From Octopus sinensis (taxonomy: Eukaryota): DNA of 64,000 nt. Location of the stretch: positions 5,207,360 through 5,271,359 of the forward strand of contig NC_043019.1 of the NCBI RefSeq assembly GCF_006345805.1, in the 5' to 3' direction. This document shows, piece by piece, positions 12,701 through 25,347 of the stretch. The translations under genes and the position numbers were made by a program. Under the pieces are notes generated by a model. That model did no database searches, was not told the origin of the DNA, and was given only the letters and a program-made list of their open reading frames with translations. Numbering within the stretch: the stretch's first letter is position 1; the number at the start of each line of letters is the position of its first letter.

Positions 12701-15546
12701 TCTATCCATTTCATCATCATTTAATGCTCGTGTTTCATGCTGGCAGGGGCTGAACAATCAGACAGGATCTGACAAGCTGGAGCACTGCATCAGGGTCCAG
12801 TGCCTGCTTTGTCATGGTTCCTACAGCTGGCGCCATGTTAAAAGAGCTGGTGCTACATAAAAAGCACCCAGTACATTCTGTGGAGTGGTTGGCATTAGGA
12901 AGGGCACCCAGCCATAGCAACCATCCCTGAATAGACAACAGAGACTGGTGCAGCCCCTGCCCTTACCAGCTCCAGTCAAATCGTCCAACCCATGTCAGCA
13001 TGGAAAACAGATGATAAATGATGCCTTTTCTAATGTTAACCATTTTACTAGCTGATTTTTTTTTGTGTGCCTCCAGCACCTCATGAAGTCACCATGCAGA
13101 TTGCAAGACTATGAAACCCGAGGGGGAGGCTGGTTTTATGCAAGGACATAAAGGATTAACCCTTAAGCATTTACTCTGGCTATATCTGGCCTAAGTATTT
13201 TACTGGTTTTACCTTCAAACAGGCCAAATCTAATCTCATACCTATCTTATCAGGTTATCAGGTCATTCAAAAATTAAAAAAAATTTTTTTTAAAATTTAA
13301 AAATTACATTGTCAATCTCTTAAAGCTGCAATATAATGCAGGATTAATTCAAGACAATGTGAATAAATAAGCATTACATTTGTCAGGGTAATCTGAATCC
13401 TAAGGGGTTAAAGTATGAAGGAAGGAGACAGAGGAGCTAAATGGTCACTCATATTTAGAAGAGAGGGCTTATTCATGAATATATGTTTGCGTAATGTGTG
13501 AAGCATCCAGATGACACTGTAAAGTGACTGGCATTTGGAAGGGTATCCAGCTGCAAAAACCATGCCAGAGCAGACCTCACCTGTCCACTCAATAAGGTGG
13601 TTGGTGTTAGGAAGGGTATACAGAGACAAAAACCATGCCAATATAGGACTCGCTAGTTCTGGTGCCACGTAAAAAGCACTCAGTCCACTCTGTAAGGTGG
13701 TTGGCATTAGGAAGGGCATCCAACTGTAAAAACCATGCCAAAACAGGCAATGAAGCTTGGTACAGTCTTTTGGTTTGCCAGCTCCTGTTAAACTGTCCAA
13801 CCCATCCCAGCATGGAAAACTGATGTTGAATGACACTGATGCTGATGATGTGCATGGACATACACCCACATTTGTATGGAAAGAACAGATTAATAATTAA
13901 ATTACATCTATATCAATAATAATCATCATCATCATCATCGTTTAATGTCTGCTTTCCATGTGCTTTTATGTGCCACCGGCACGAGGGCCAGTCAGGCGGT
14001 ACTAGCAACGGCCACACTTGAATCTTTTACACGTGTCACCAACACAGGTGCCAGTGAAGCGACGTTGGTAACGATCACGCTTGAATGGTGCATCATTTCA
14101 ACAAATTCATAAAGTTTTTCCTCAAGTTTATCAATGCATCAAAAATATGATCGATCTATCTATCTATCCATTTCATCATCATTTAATGCTCGGGTTTCAT
14201 GCTGGCATGGGTTGGACGATTTGACTGAGGACTGGCAAACTAGATGGCTGCACCAGGTTCCAGTCTGATCTGGCAGAGTTTCTACAGCTGGATGCCCTTC
14301 CAAACGCCAACCACTCCGAGGGTGTAGTGGGTGCTTTTATGTGCCACCGGCATGAGGGCCAGTCTGGTGGTACTGGCAACGGCCATGCTCAAATGGCGCA
14401 TTTTACATGCCACCTGCACAGGAGTCACTCCAGTGGCACTAGCAACAACCTCACTCGAATGTTTGGTTCATGTGCCAGTTAGGCAATGCAGGTAACGATC
14501 ACATTCAAATGGTGCTTTTTACCTGCCACCGGCACAGAAGCCAGACAGGTGCTCTGGCAGTGATCCCACTCGGATGGAGCTGTTAGCGCTCCACTGGCAC
14601 AGGTGCCTGTCATAGAATTTAGATCAATTTCTCTCCACAAAATCATCAGCACTACCATCTGCATTCTGGGTCAAATCAATCCAACTTATTTCGAGTGGAC
14701 ATTCTTTGAGAAAACTAAACCCACCACTGGACACTATTTTCACTCATACAAATCAGTCTTTACTGGTCAATGAAGTTGCTGAGCTTGACCACATAGAAGA
14801 GACATATGGTGAATGAAGAGTGGTCAGTGCTGAGTGGACAAAATGTCATATGCTGTGAAATACTCCCCACACATCATCATCATCGTTTAGCGTCCGCTTT
14901 CCATGCTTAGCATGGGTTGGACGGTTCAACTGGGGTCTGGGAAGCCAGAAGGCTGCACCAGGCCCAGTTTGATCTGGCAATGTTTCTACAGCTGGATACC
15001 CTTCCTAACACCAACCACTCCGTGAGTGTAGTGGGTGCTTTTTACGTGTCTGGCAAACGGCCACGATCGGATAGTGCTTTTTACGTGCCACCGGCACGGA
15101 GGCCAGGCGAGGCTGGCAACGGCCACGAACGGATGGTGCTTTTTACGTGCCACCGGCACGAGGCCAGTCGGGTGGCGCTGGCAACGGCCACGTTCGGATG
15201 GTTCTCTTACGTGCCACCGGCACTGGTAACTCAGCTTCCCCTGTATGGAAATAGATGAGAAGATAAAGCAGATTCCTAGTTTAACCCTAATTCTACAACC
15301 AGGACACAACTAGAAATACTGAAAAGAAAATTCTCTAAAGTAAACCAAAAACTCACCATTTTTGGTAATAAAATGTCTTGGAATCATTGTTGTTGAAGTT
15401 AGTGTCCTCATCAGTTCCACCCAGCATGGCCCAGTCAGAGGGGATGGACTTGTACACCACCTGAAACAACAGAACCATTTATGTTTACATGTAATTCCTT
15501 CAAGACAGCAACACTTTGACAACTGTATCTCTCTCTCTCTCTCTTT

Positions 15547-15603
<57 letters not shown>

Positions 15604-15618
15604 TATATACACACACAC

Positions 15619-15649
<31 letters not shown>

Positions 15650-18600
15650 TATATATACACACACATATATATATATACACATACACATATATATACACAT
15701 ATATACACATACACATATATATACACATATATACATACACACATATATACACATATATACATACACACATATATATATATACACATATATATACATACAC
15801 ACATATATATATATACACATATATATACACACACATATATATACACACACATATATATACACACACATATATACACACACATATATACACACACATATAT
15901 ATATACATATATATATACACATATATATATACTTATATATATACACATATATATACACATATATATATACATATATATATACACATATATATACACACAT
16001 ATATATATACACATATATATATACACATATATATATATATATAGCAAACTGAAAATAAAAACACAAACAAAAGTCAAAATGCTGTACAGAGTGAATGTAT
16101 TAGTTTGATGTTTGACATCAGTTTCAGATGGGAAAAAAGATGGGGTGTGACGTTTTGAGCTTGGTTCTTCAGCAGAAAGAAGGAAAGGTCCGGAGAGAGA
16201 AGATGAATGGTCCAAGCAAAGCGCAATACATACAGCAGTACTAATATATATTTCTTTACTACCCACAAGGGGATAAACACAGAGGGGACAAACAAGGACA
16301 GACAAAGGGATTAAGTCGATTACATCGACCCCAGTGCGTAACTGGTACTTAATTTATCGACCCCAGAAGGATGAAAGGCAAAGTCAACCTTGGCGGAATT
16401 TGAACTCAGAACGTAACGGCAGACGAAATACGGCTACGCCTTTCACCCGGCGTGCTAACGTTTCTGCCAGCAGTACTAATATAGCTGCAGGCATGGCTAT
16501 GTGGTTGTGAATTTCACTTCACAACTACATGGTTTCAGGTTCAATCCCACTACACAGCACCTTAGATAAGTGTCTTCTATCAAAGCCTCACATTGAGTAA
16601 AGACTTCTGGGTGAAATTTGGGGAACAGAAACTGTAAGATGGTCCACTGAAGGGGCCATTCTCGTTTTTGTGTCAGATATAATTTGCCGCCCTGCTTAAT
16701 GCCATCACCTGTCATTGGGTGTCTTTAGTGGAGGAGGGTCTTTTGCCAGCATTCGATCCAGGGTCCAGTCAGAGGCAAATTCGACAACTACACAACTATT
16801 CTTGTACAGACAACAAAAGTACAATTTACTTTTTTAATTAAAAACTAAATTAAAAGCAAACTTCCAAACTCACGTTAACTTTACTGATTGTATATTCAAG
16901 GCAAGAATCTTCACAGTCGTCAACCAAAAACAGTTCAAAAGGATCTGCCGTTTCTCCCAAGATTGTATCAGATCCTCGACTAAATACATTTCAAATAAAA
17001 GAAGGAAAGAAACAATTAATTATTTTGTTAATTAGTGATATTTTAAAGAGAGAGCAGAAGAGAAATCTCTAAATTTAGTAACAAAGAAGTATTTTAATGC
17101 AGCAGTAGTGGTGGTGGTCATCTGGATTTAAATTCTATGTGGCACGTAAAAAGCACCATCCGTTCGTGGCCGTTGCCATCTCGCCTGGCCCCCGTGCCAG
17201 TGGCACATAAAAAGCACCATCCAATCGTGGAAGTTTGCCAGACTCGTCTGGCACCTGTGCCGGTGGCACGTAAAAAGCACCCACTACACTCATGGAGTGG
17301 TTGGCATTAGGAAGGGCATCCAGCTGTAGAAACATTGCCAGATCAGACTGGGCCTGGTGCAGCCTTCGGGCTTCCCAGACCCCAGTTGAACCGTCCAACC
17401 CATGCTAGCATGGAAAGCAGACACTAAACGATGATGATGATGATGTTTTCATTTTTTTTAGTGAATGGAATCTCACATGAAGTTTCTATCTTCACCAGAA
17501 TCCAGTAGATCATCCAACCAGGCTTTAATTCTGTAAGAAACAACCCAAGAGAGAGAGAGAGAGAGAGAGACCTTGACTGCCACATTTTGCAACAATACAA
17601 TAGGACAAAATTTATATTATTTGCTCTCAACCGAAGCAAGGCTCTATAACCCCACTACCTCCTCCTGGTCACTCTCATGCATTGTACAGTTTCCAACTAG
17701 ACAAAGATATAGCGTTAACAGAACTATATGCAGAAATTACATCAAGACAGAGGCATGGTGTGACAGTTATAAATAGAGATTGCACCAAGACAGAGGTGTG
17801 GCATTAATAGAGCTATGACTAAAGATTACACTGTTCAACCAAATGTATCTGGTGCCAAGGACTATTTGATTGAGAGCCATCCAGGACTACACAGCAGCAA
17901 CCTTGGATTTGGTTCCTTAGAGAAGCAAAAATCTGGTTTCTAAGGTTGTTATGAAAAGCATAAATGCTACCCACTTCACATCCACTAATAAGTACACACA
18001 CATACAAACACACAAATACATCATCATCACCACTACCACCACCACCCTTTTAGTTATTTGAGCAAGGCTAAAAGCTGGTGGCATGGTAGAAACGAGTAAG
18101 CCTTAGACTAAATAACAATCTAATAAATATTAGACTAAATAAATATTTAGTTTAGTTTCATCCAAATACTGTATTTTTGGTCTTACAAGTCGAATTTTTC
18201 ACACCAAAATTTACTGCCAAAAATGTAGGTCAACTTAAACACCAAAACGACTTTGGAGTACCAAAAATTCCATGAGAAATGCAGCAGAATTGGAAAGATA
18301 GTGATGATGTTTGGATATCAACACTATATAGAATGTTGACTTGCATGCTGGATGTTGTGATTTTATGTAATTAATGTAGATTGTAGAAAGGCTTTCTGAT
18401 GTATTTTACAGTTCTCAGATACACCTGTTTGATTAACCTAAAATAGCCATAGAATTTTAACCCCTTTGTTACCATATTTCTGTTGAGATGCTCTGTGTTT
18501 CTTTCAATTACTTTAAATATAACAAAGAATTTAGTAAAATAACTTAGTTATCCTTCAGCTAGTTTTAGGAACATAAATTGTGACTAAGGTTTGGTAGAAA

Positions 18601-20479
18601 ATTTTAATTCAAAACTTATGGAAACGAAACATTTGTACTCAGAGCCAGAAGCGGTATCAGCCGGGTTGGTATCAAAAGGGTTAACCCATTACATCTGAAT
18701 TTGTGTATCTAAATTATAATAAAGCGTTATTAGAATATTAAATGGAAAGTAAAAATGAGTGAATTCAATATTAATCAGGCAAATATATTGGTTCATTTGT
18801 TTAACCCTTTTGTTACCATATTTCTGGTGAGATGCTCTGTGTTTCTTTCAATTACTTTAAATATAACAAAGAATTTAGTAAAATAACTTAGTAAAATAAC
18901 CCTTTAGTGTTCAGATTATTCAATCAAACATAATGCTTGTTGATTCCCATTGATTTGAATTAATCATGCATTATCTCATATCTTCAAGATCTTGATGGTG
19001 TAATTACTTAATGTAGAATAACATTGTAGGGTAGGTGTGACGGCCTGGATCTGATCAGTTTGAACATAAAACAGATTAAATATTTTGGCTGGATATGGCC
19101 GGTTTAAATACTAAAGGGTTAAGCTGGTGTTAGGAACATAAATTGAGACTAAGGTTTGGTGGAAGATTTTAATTCAAAACTTATGAAAACAAGACATTTT
19201 AAAAGCTGTTATTACCAGAACCATAATGCATGAAACTTCTTCTCTTTGAACTTGTCTTCCCACATGTAGGCCACCTTTGCTATATACATTGGCACAGTTG
19301 GGTTGGCAGGTTTCACAGCCACACAGTCTCCGACACACACCTGTTGGTAACAAAGAACATGATGGAGAAGAAACATTTATTTTGAAAGGAATCTTTGAAC
19401 TATAACAAGAATAGAAAATTAAGAGAGAGAGAAAAAAAATACAAAGAAATTCATTTATTGTTGGTTCCATTAATTTTAGGAAGAATTGTGGGAAATAGAG
19501 AAAAATAGACAAAATAATGGAGTTTAGGTATTGGTAAGAGATAGGATAGAAGTGCGTGTGTGGTGATGTGTATGTATGGGTTAGGAGTGTATGTGTGTGT
19601 GTGCATGGTGTGGAGTGTGTGTGTGCATGGTGATGAGTGTGTGTGTGCATGGTGATGAGTGTGTGTATGGTGAGGAGTGTGTGTGTGTGGATGGTGTGGA
19701 GTGTGTGTGTGTGTGCATGGTGTGGAGTGTGTGTGTGCATGGTGTGGAGTGTGTGTGTGCGTTCATGGTGAGGAGTGTGTGTGTGGTGCAGAGTGTGTGT
19801 GTGTGTATTTCATGTGTGTGCATTCATGCGTGTATGGTGTGGAGTGTGTGCGTGCATGGTGCAGAGTGTGTGCATGGTGTGGAGTGTGCATAGAGTGTGT
19901 GTGTATGGCATGGAGTGTGTGTGCATGTATGGTGTGGAGTGTGTGTACATGTGCATACCTGTGGTACATGTGCACATGCATGGTGTGTTTGTGTGTTGAG
20001 TGTTGAGAGAGAGATGGACTGTCATAAACTAAGTCTTCTGGGTGCAAAAAACAAAAAAGAAGACAAAATCAAAAACCTCTTGTCAACCACTCACCTTTTT
20101 ACCATTTATGGTCACAGCATTGTAATAAATATTTGTGGGTGTCGTTTTGACAGGTTCTCCAACCCATTCTAGCTTCGTCTAGAAAATAAACACACAAAAA
20201 AATAAATAAATAAAACATATATAGTCTTTTACATGCTTTAGCCCTCAGGCTGTGGCCATGCCAGGACACACACACACACACACACATATATACTCTTTTA
20301 CTTGTTTCAGTCATTTGACTGCGGCCATGCTGGAGCACCGCCTTTAATTGAGTAACTCGACCCTGCGACTTATTCTTTGTAAGCCCAGTACTTATTCTAT
20401 TGGTCTCTTTTGCCGAGCCGCTAAGTGACGGGGACATAAACACACCAGCATCGGTTGTCAAGCAATGCTAGGGGGACAA

Positions 20480-20525
<46 letters not shown>

Positions 20526-20836
20526 TACATTTCTAAATATCTCAGTGAGATTTATGCAGTAGTGGTACGATAAAGTAGTTGTATACTGTCAACTTAATGT
20601 GACAGTCCCATGAAGGGAATCACACCACTGCTATTTAGCCCTAGGGAGCAGCAACGCTTCCTGTCGGCCTTGACAAATATCCTGTGTCCTTATGTTTACA
20701 AGGGGGAGATAAGCACCTCCACCCAGCAAAGCCTGCAACGAGAGACAATCCATAGTTTCTGAGTCTTTGTCATCAGTCTGGAGTGGCATGGCCTGCTAGT
20801 TGGAGATGCCTATCTAGCTCTTGTAAACATATATAA

Positions 20837-20889
<53 letters not shown>

Positions 20890-20894
20890 TATAA

Positions 20895-20939
<45 letters not shown>

Positions 20940-21290
20940 ATATATATATTATGAAGTGAGATATGGGTTGTGAGTGTAACTCTCTATGGGATAACATATA
21001 TCCAATATACTGCCAGTAAAGCACCCAGAAATGCTAATACATAAATGCTAAGAATTGCAATGCAATTAATTCATTTATTGTATTATATGGGCGAAGGTAA
21101 AATGTTTTACCTCAAATTCATAATACAAAATAAGAAAATGGAGGAATAGATTTTAATCAATCATCAACTACTAGATTATACGAATTCATATAATTTATTA
21201 ACTAAATAAATTATATGAATTGGTATTATCTAGTAGTTGATGATTGAAAGAAATCTATTCCTCCATTTTCTTATTTTGTATATATATATA

Positions 21291-21359
<69 letters not shown>

Positions 21360-21540
21360 ATGATTTTTTTAAAATGAACAAGGCTACACACTTTTGAAAG
21401 AGAGAGGTTGGTGTGAGAGGACAAGCAGAGAAAAGTGATAGCACGAGTAGGGAGAGTGAGCAAAGAGGGAGAGTGAGTGAAGAAGGAGAGTGAGTGAAGA
21501 GGGAGATGTGAGGTGAGAGAGAGCGAGATAGTGAGATGTA

Positions 21541-21590
<50 letters not shown>

Positions 21591-21734
21591 TAAGAAGAAA
21601 GCAATGAAAACGATATAGAAACTTACCTTGGTGTTTCTACTTGCCACATGACGGATTGGTTTTTCTGAGTCATCTCCCTTCTGGAAGGGAAGAAAAGAGA
21701 ATATCTTAGTACTTGCTCCACATGCTTGAATATA

Positions 21735-21788
<54 letters not shown>

Positions 21789-24700
21789 TTCAGCAAAATT
21801 TAGATTCAGATGAATATGGTACTTAAGTTAAAGGCACCAGAATTTTGTATAGTATTCTCCATATAAATCAAATGGGGTGATTATAATCAAAATAAGCAAC
21901 AAGAATATCCAAGGTAGTGTAGTACAATCGTTTCATGCTACTTCATTTTATTAAACACTGTAAGTATTACATCAGTTTTAAAATGTCGAGCAATCTTCAG
22001 CCACATATAGAATTTTTCAATTAAACGGACAATGCACATTTTTATACTTATGTTGGCAAATGAAATAAGTATAAGAATGTGCATTGTCCGTTTAATTAAA
22101 AAATTCTATATGTGGCTGAAGATTGCTCGACATTTTAAAACTGATGTAATACTTACAGTGTTTAATAAAATGAAGTAGCATGAAACAATTGTACTACACT
22201 ACCTTGGATATCCTTGTTGCTTATTTTGATATATATATAAAACTATATGGGACTTTGGGTGTATGTCTATTAGAATGTCGATTAAAGTACATTCACCATT
22301 TGGGCTGCCTGATGCCATCCACAGTTAGAATATAATTTTCACTGGAACCACATCAGCAAATCTGCAGTGTTTGTTGACAGAACTACATAACAAAACATCT
22401 ATTCCCCCAAAGAAACAAAGGTCCACCCATCAACATACAACAACCACTGATGTGCTGCGTCCCTCTCGTCACCTCAAATGTCCCCACATTGGATTCTGCT
22501 CTCAGAGCTGCAATGTTTTTTTTTGGTGGGGGGGGGGGTTTTCTCCCACCACTGAAGATAAATATGAACTCAAGAGACAGAGAGAAAAGAAAAACTATCA
22601 AAAGGTCCCCCACTTTCCCCAGCCAAAACACATCAGCAAGGGCCGACATAACAGTCCCATCAACTTCTTCAACACTGAAGTCAAAAGCTCAACGGCAGGG
22701 GGACCCTGTGGATATTCACTGGGAGTCCTTTTAGTGTGATCTCTTGGAAGAAATTAGAATTTCATCCAAAAATTGTACTTTTATTGATCAAAACACAAAT
22801 CATTAAAAAGATTAGATTGTGTCAGTATTAAGGGTTACAAAGGTTCCCAGCCTGCCACACATTCTAGTTCCCTTCCCTTACTGTCCTAGCTGAACAACTC
22901 TAGTGTTGGGCCCACAATAACAACATCAAGACAAGGTTAAGTTTGGAGCAGGAGGTGGGGAGAAAAAGAAGGCATCTAAGACACTATCCAGTTTAAGCCT
23001 TTAGTATCGGCCATATCCGGCCAAAATATTCTGTTTATGCTCAAACTGACCAGATCCAGGCTCTCACACCTACCCAACAATGTTATTCCACATTAAGTAA
23101 TTACACCATCAACATCTTGAAGATATGAGATAATGCATGATTAATTCAAATCAATGGGAATCAATAAGTATTATGTTTGATAGAATAATCTTAACACTAA
23201 AGGGTTAACACTGCTGTAAACTGGGTACTTCTTGGGTACCCTTATTTACTGTATTTCAAAATTTCAGACCGGACCTATGAATCTTTCAGACCATGGTTCC
23301 TGCAGGCATTTGCTGATAGACGTTTGGGGCCGGGCCTCAGTCACGTTGATTTCATAAATATGACCTTTCTTCTCCGATTGATTTGCAAATACAAAACATA
23401 ACAAATACCTTTACAATATTTTCATCATCATCACTTTGGATTTCATCCTCATCAGCTTCGGCGACAGCAATGTTAGGACACCTTGTTAAAGATAAAGATT
23501 AAATAAATAAAATTTCTGTATCAGAAACTGAAAGCTTTGAGAAGTGAAATGGAAGTAATCTTTATATATAAAAGTGAGGTTGTGTGCTGTCTGTCTCCTA
23601 CGATTTAGATTCCTAACTACTCCCACATTTTGCGGTGCAGTTTAACCAAAACCGGGTATCTTATAGTCATGATTCATATCGAGCCCTTCTGGGTATTAGC
23701 GCGCGTCTACGAAGAGTCTACGATTTTAAAAATAATTTACCATCGATTTTTCCCATTTTTAATTCATTTTTGGCATATATAAGGGAAGTAACTCTCTAAA
23801 AATGTATTATTAAATCTCAGAACGTAAAAAGCTACAGTAACACCCCCCCACCCTTTGTGGTTAGCCATATTGAGATGGCTATTATACTTTACATCTCTAA
23901 AAATGTTTATATAGTTATTTCCCTTACAAACCCGAGCAACGCCGGGCGATACTGATAGTCTAATTATAAAAGTGAAGTTGTGTGGTGTCTGTCTCCTACA
24001 ATTTAGATTCCTAACTACTCCCACATTTTGCGGTGCAGTTTAACCAAAAGCGGGTATCTTATAGTCATGATTCATATCGAGCCCTTCTGGGTATTAGCGC
24101 GCGTCTAGGATGAGTCTACGATTTTTAAACAAATTTACCATCATTTTTTCGTTTTTTTAATGCATTTTTTACTCGGTTTTATATAAGGGAAGTAACTCTC
24201 TAAAAATACTTATATAGTTATTTCCCTTAAAAACCCGAGCAACGCCGGGCGATACTGCTAGTATAAAATAAAACTGTCACATACCTTCTTTGAACGCAGC
24301 ACTGCTTGCTTCTGCCCGATCCTCCAAATTTAATCATGTCTCTACAAGCATTGCATTTACCACAATCTGGTTGCTGACAAACCTGAAATATTGAGAGACC
24401 ACGGTGAACAACTAACATCCAATGCTACCTTTCCAGGAACATTTACACTCCTTTTAACCTTTTGCTTGTCATGTGTATCACATGTGGAGGCACATGGCCT
24501 GGTGGTTAGACCGCAGGTTCGAATCTCAGACCGGGTGATGTGTGTGTTTATGAGCGAAACACCTAATCTCCACGCAGCTCCGGCAGAAGGTAATGGCGAA
24601 CTTCTGCTGACTCTTTCGCCAGAACTTTCTCTCACTCTTTCCTCCTGCATCTTGCAGCTCACCTGCGACGGACCGGCGTCCCGTCCAGGTGGAGAACCTA

Positions 24701-25314
24701 TACGCCAAGGAAACCGGCCCTTATGAGCCAGGCATGGCTCGAGAAGGAACAAACAAACAACAGTGGACATGCGGTCGAGGGATCGCGGGTTCGAATCTCA
24801 GACCGGGCGATGTGTGTGTTTATGAGCGAAACACCTAAGCTCCACGCGGCTCCGGCAGAAGGTAATGGCGAAACCTCTGCTGACTCTTTCCCCCACAACT
24901 TTCTCTCACTCTTTCCTCCTGCATCTTGCAGCTCACCTGCGACGGACTGGCGTCCCGTCCAGGTGGAGAACCTATACGCCAAGGAAACCGGCCCTTCTGA
25001 GTCAGGCATGGCTCGAGAAGAAACAAACAACAAACATGTATCACATGCAATGCAAACGACATATTTCCCTGTCATCCAAGCATCACGTACGATAAACAAT
25101 CCCAATTTTTTCAACCACCAGAGTGACTTACTCTTTACTCTTTTACTTGTTTCAGTCATTTGACTGCGGCCATGCTGGAGCACCGCCTTTAATCGAGCAA
25201 CTCGACCCCGGGACTTATTCTTTTTTTGTAAGCCCAGTACTTATTCTATCGGTCTCTTTTGCCGAACCGCTAAGTAACGGGGACATAAACACTAGGGGAC
25301 ACACACACACACGC

Positions 25315-25347
<33 letters not shown>

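Noticed and set aside
15310-16305. YIYI/THTH/CVCV ORFs here and at 19174-20047
   Set aside because: Microsatellite translations.
22560-22770. Possible LINE ORF1 remnant ([10 protein letters not shown]...W...LLEEIR)
   Set aside because: Only compositional resemblance, an in-frame stop and no recognisable motif; needs BLASTX.
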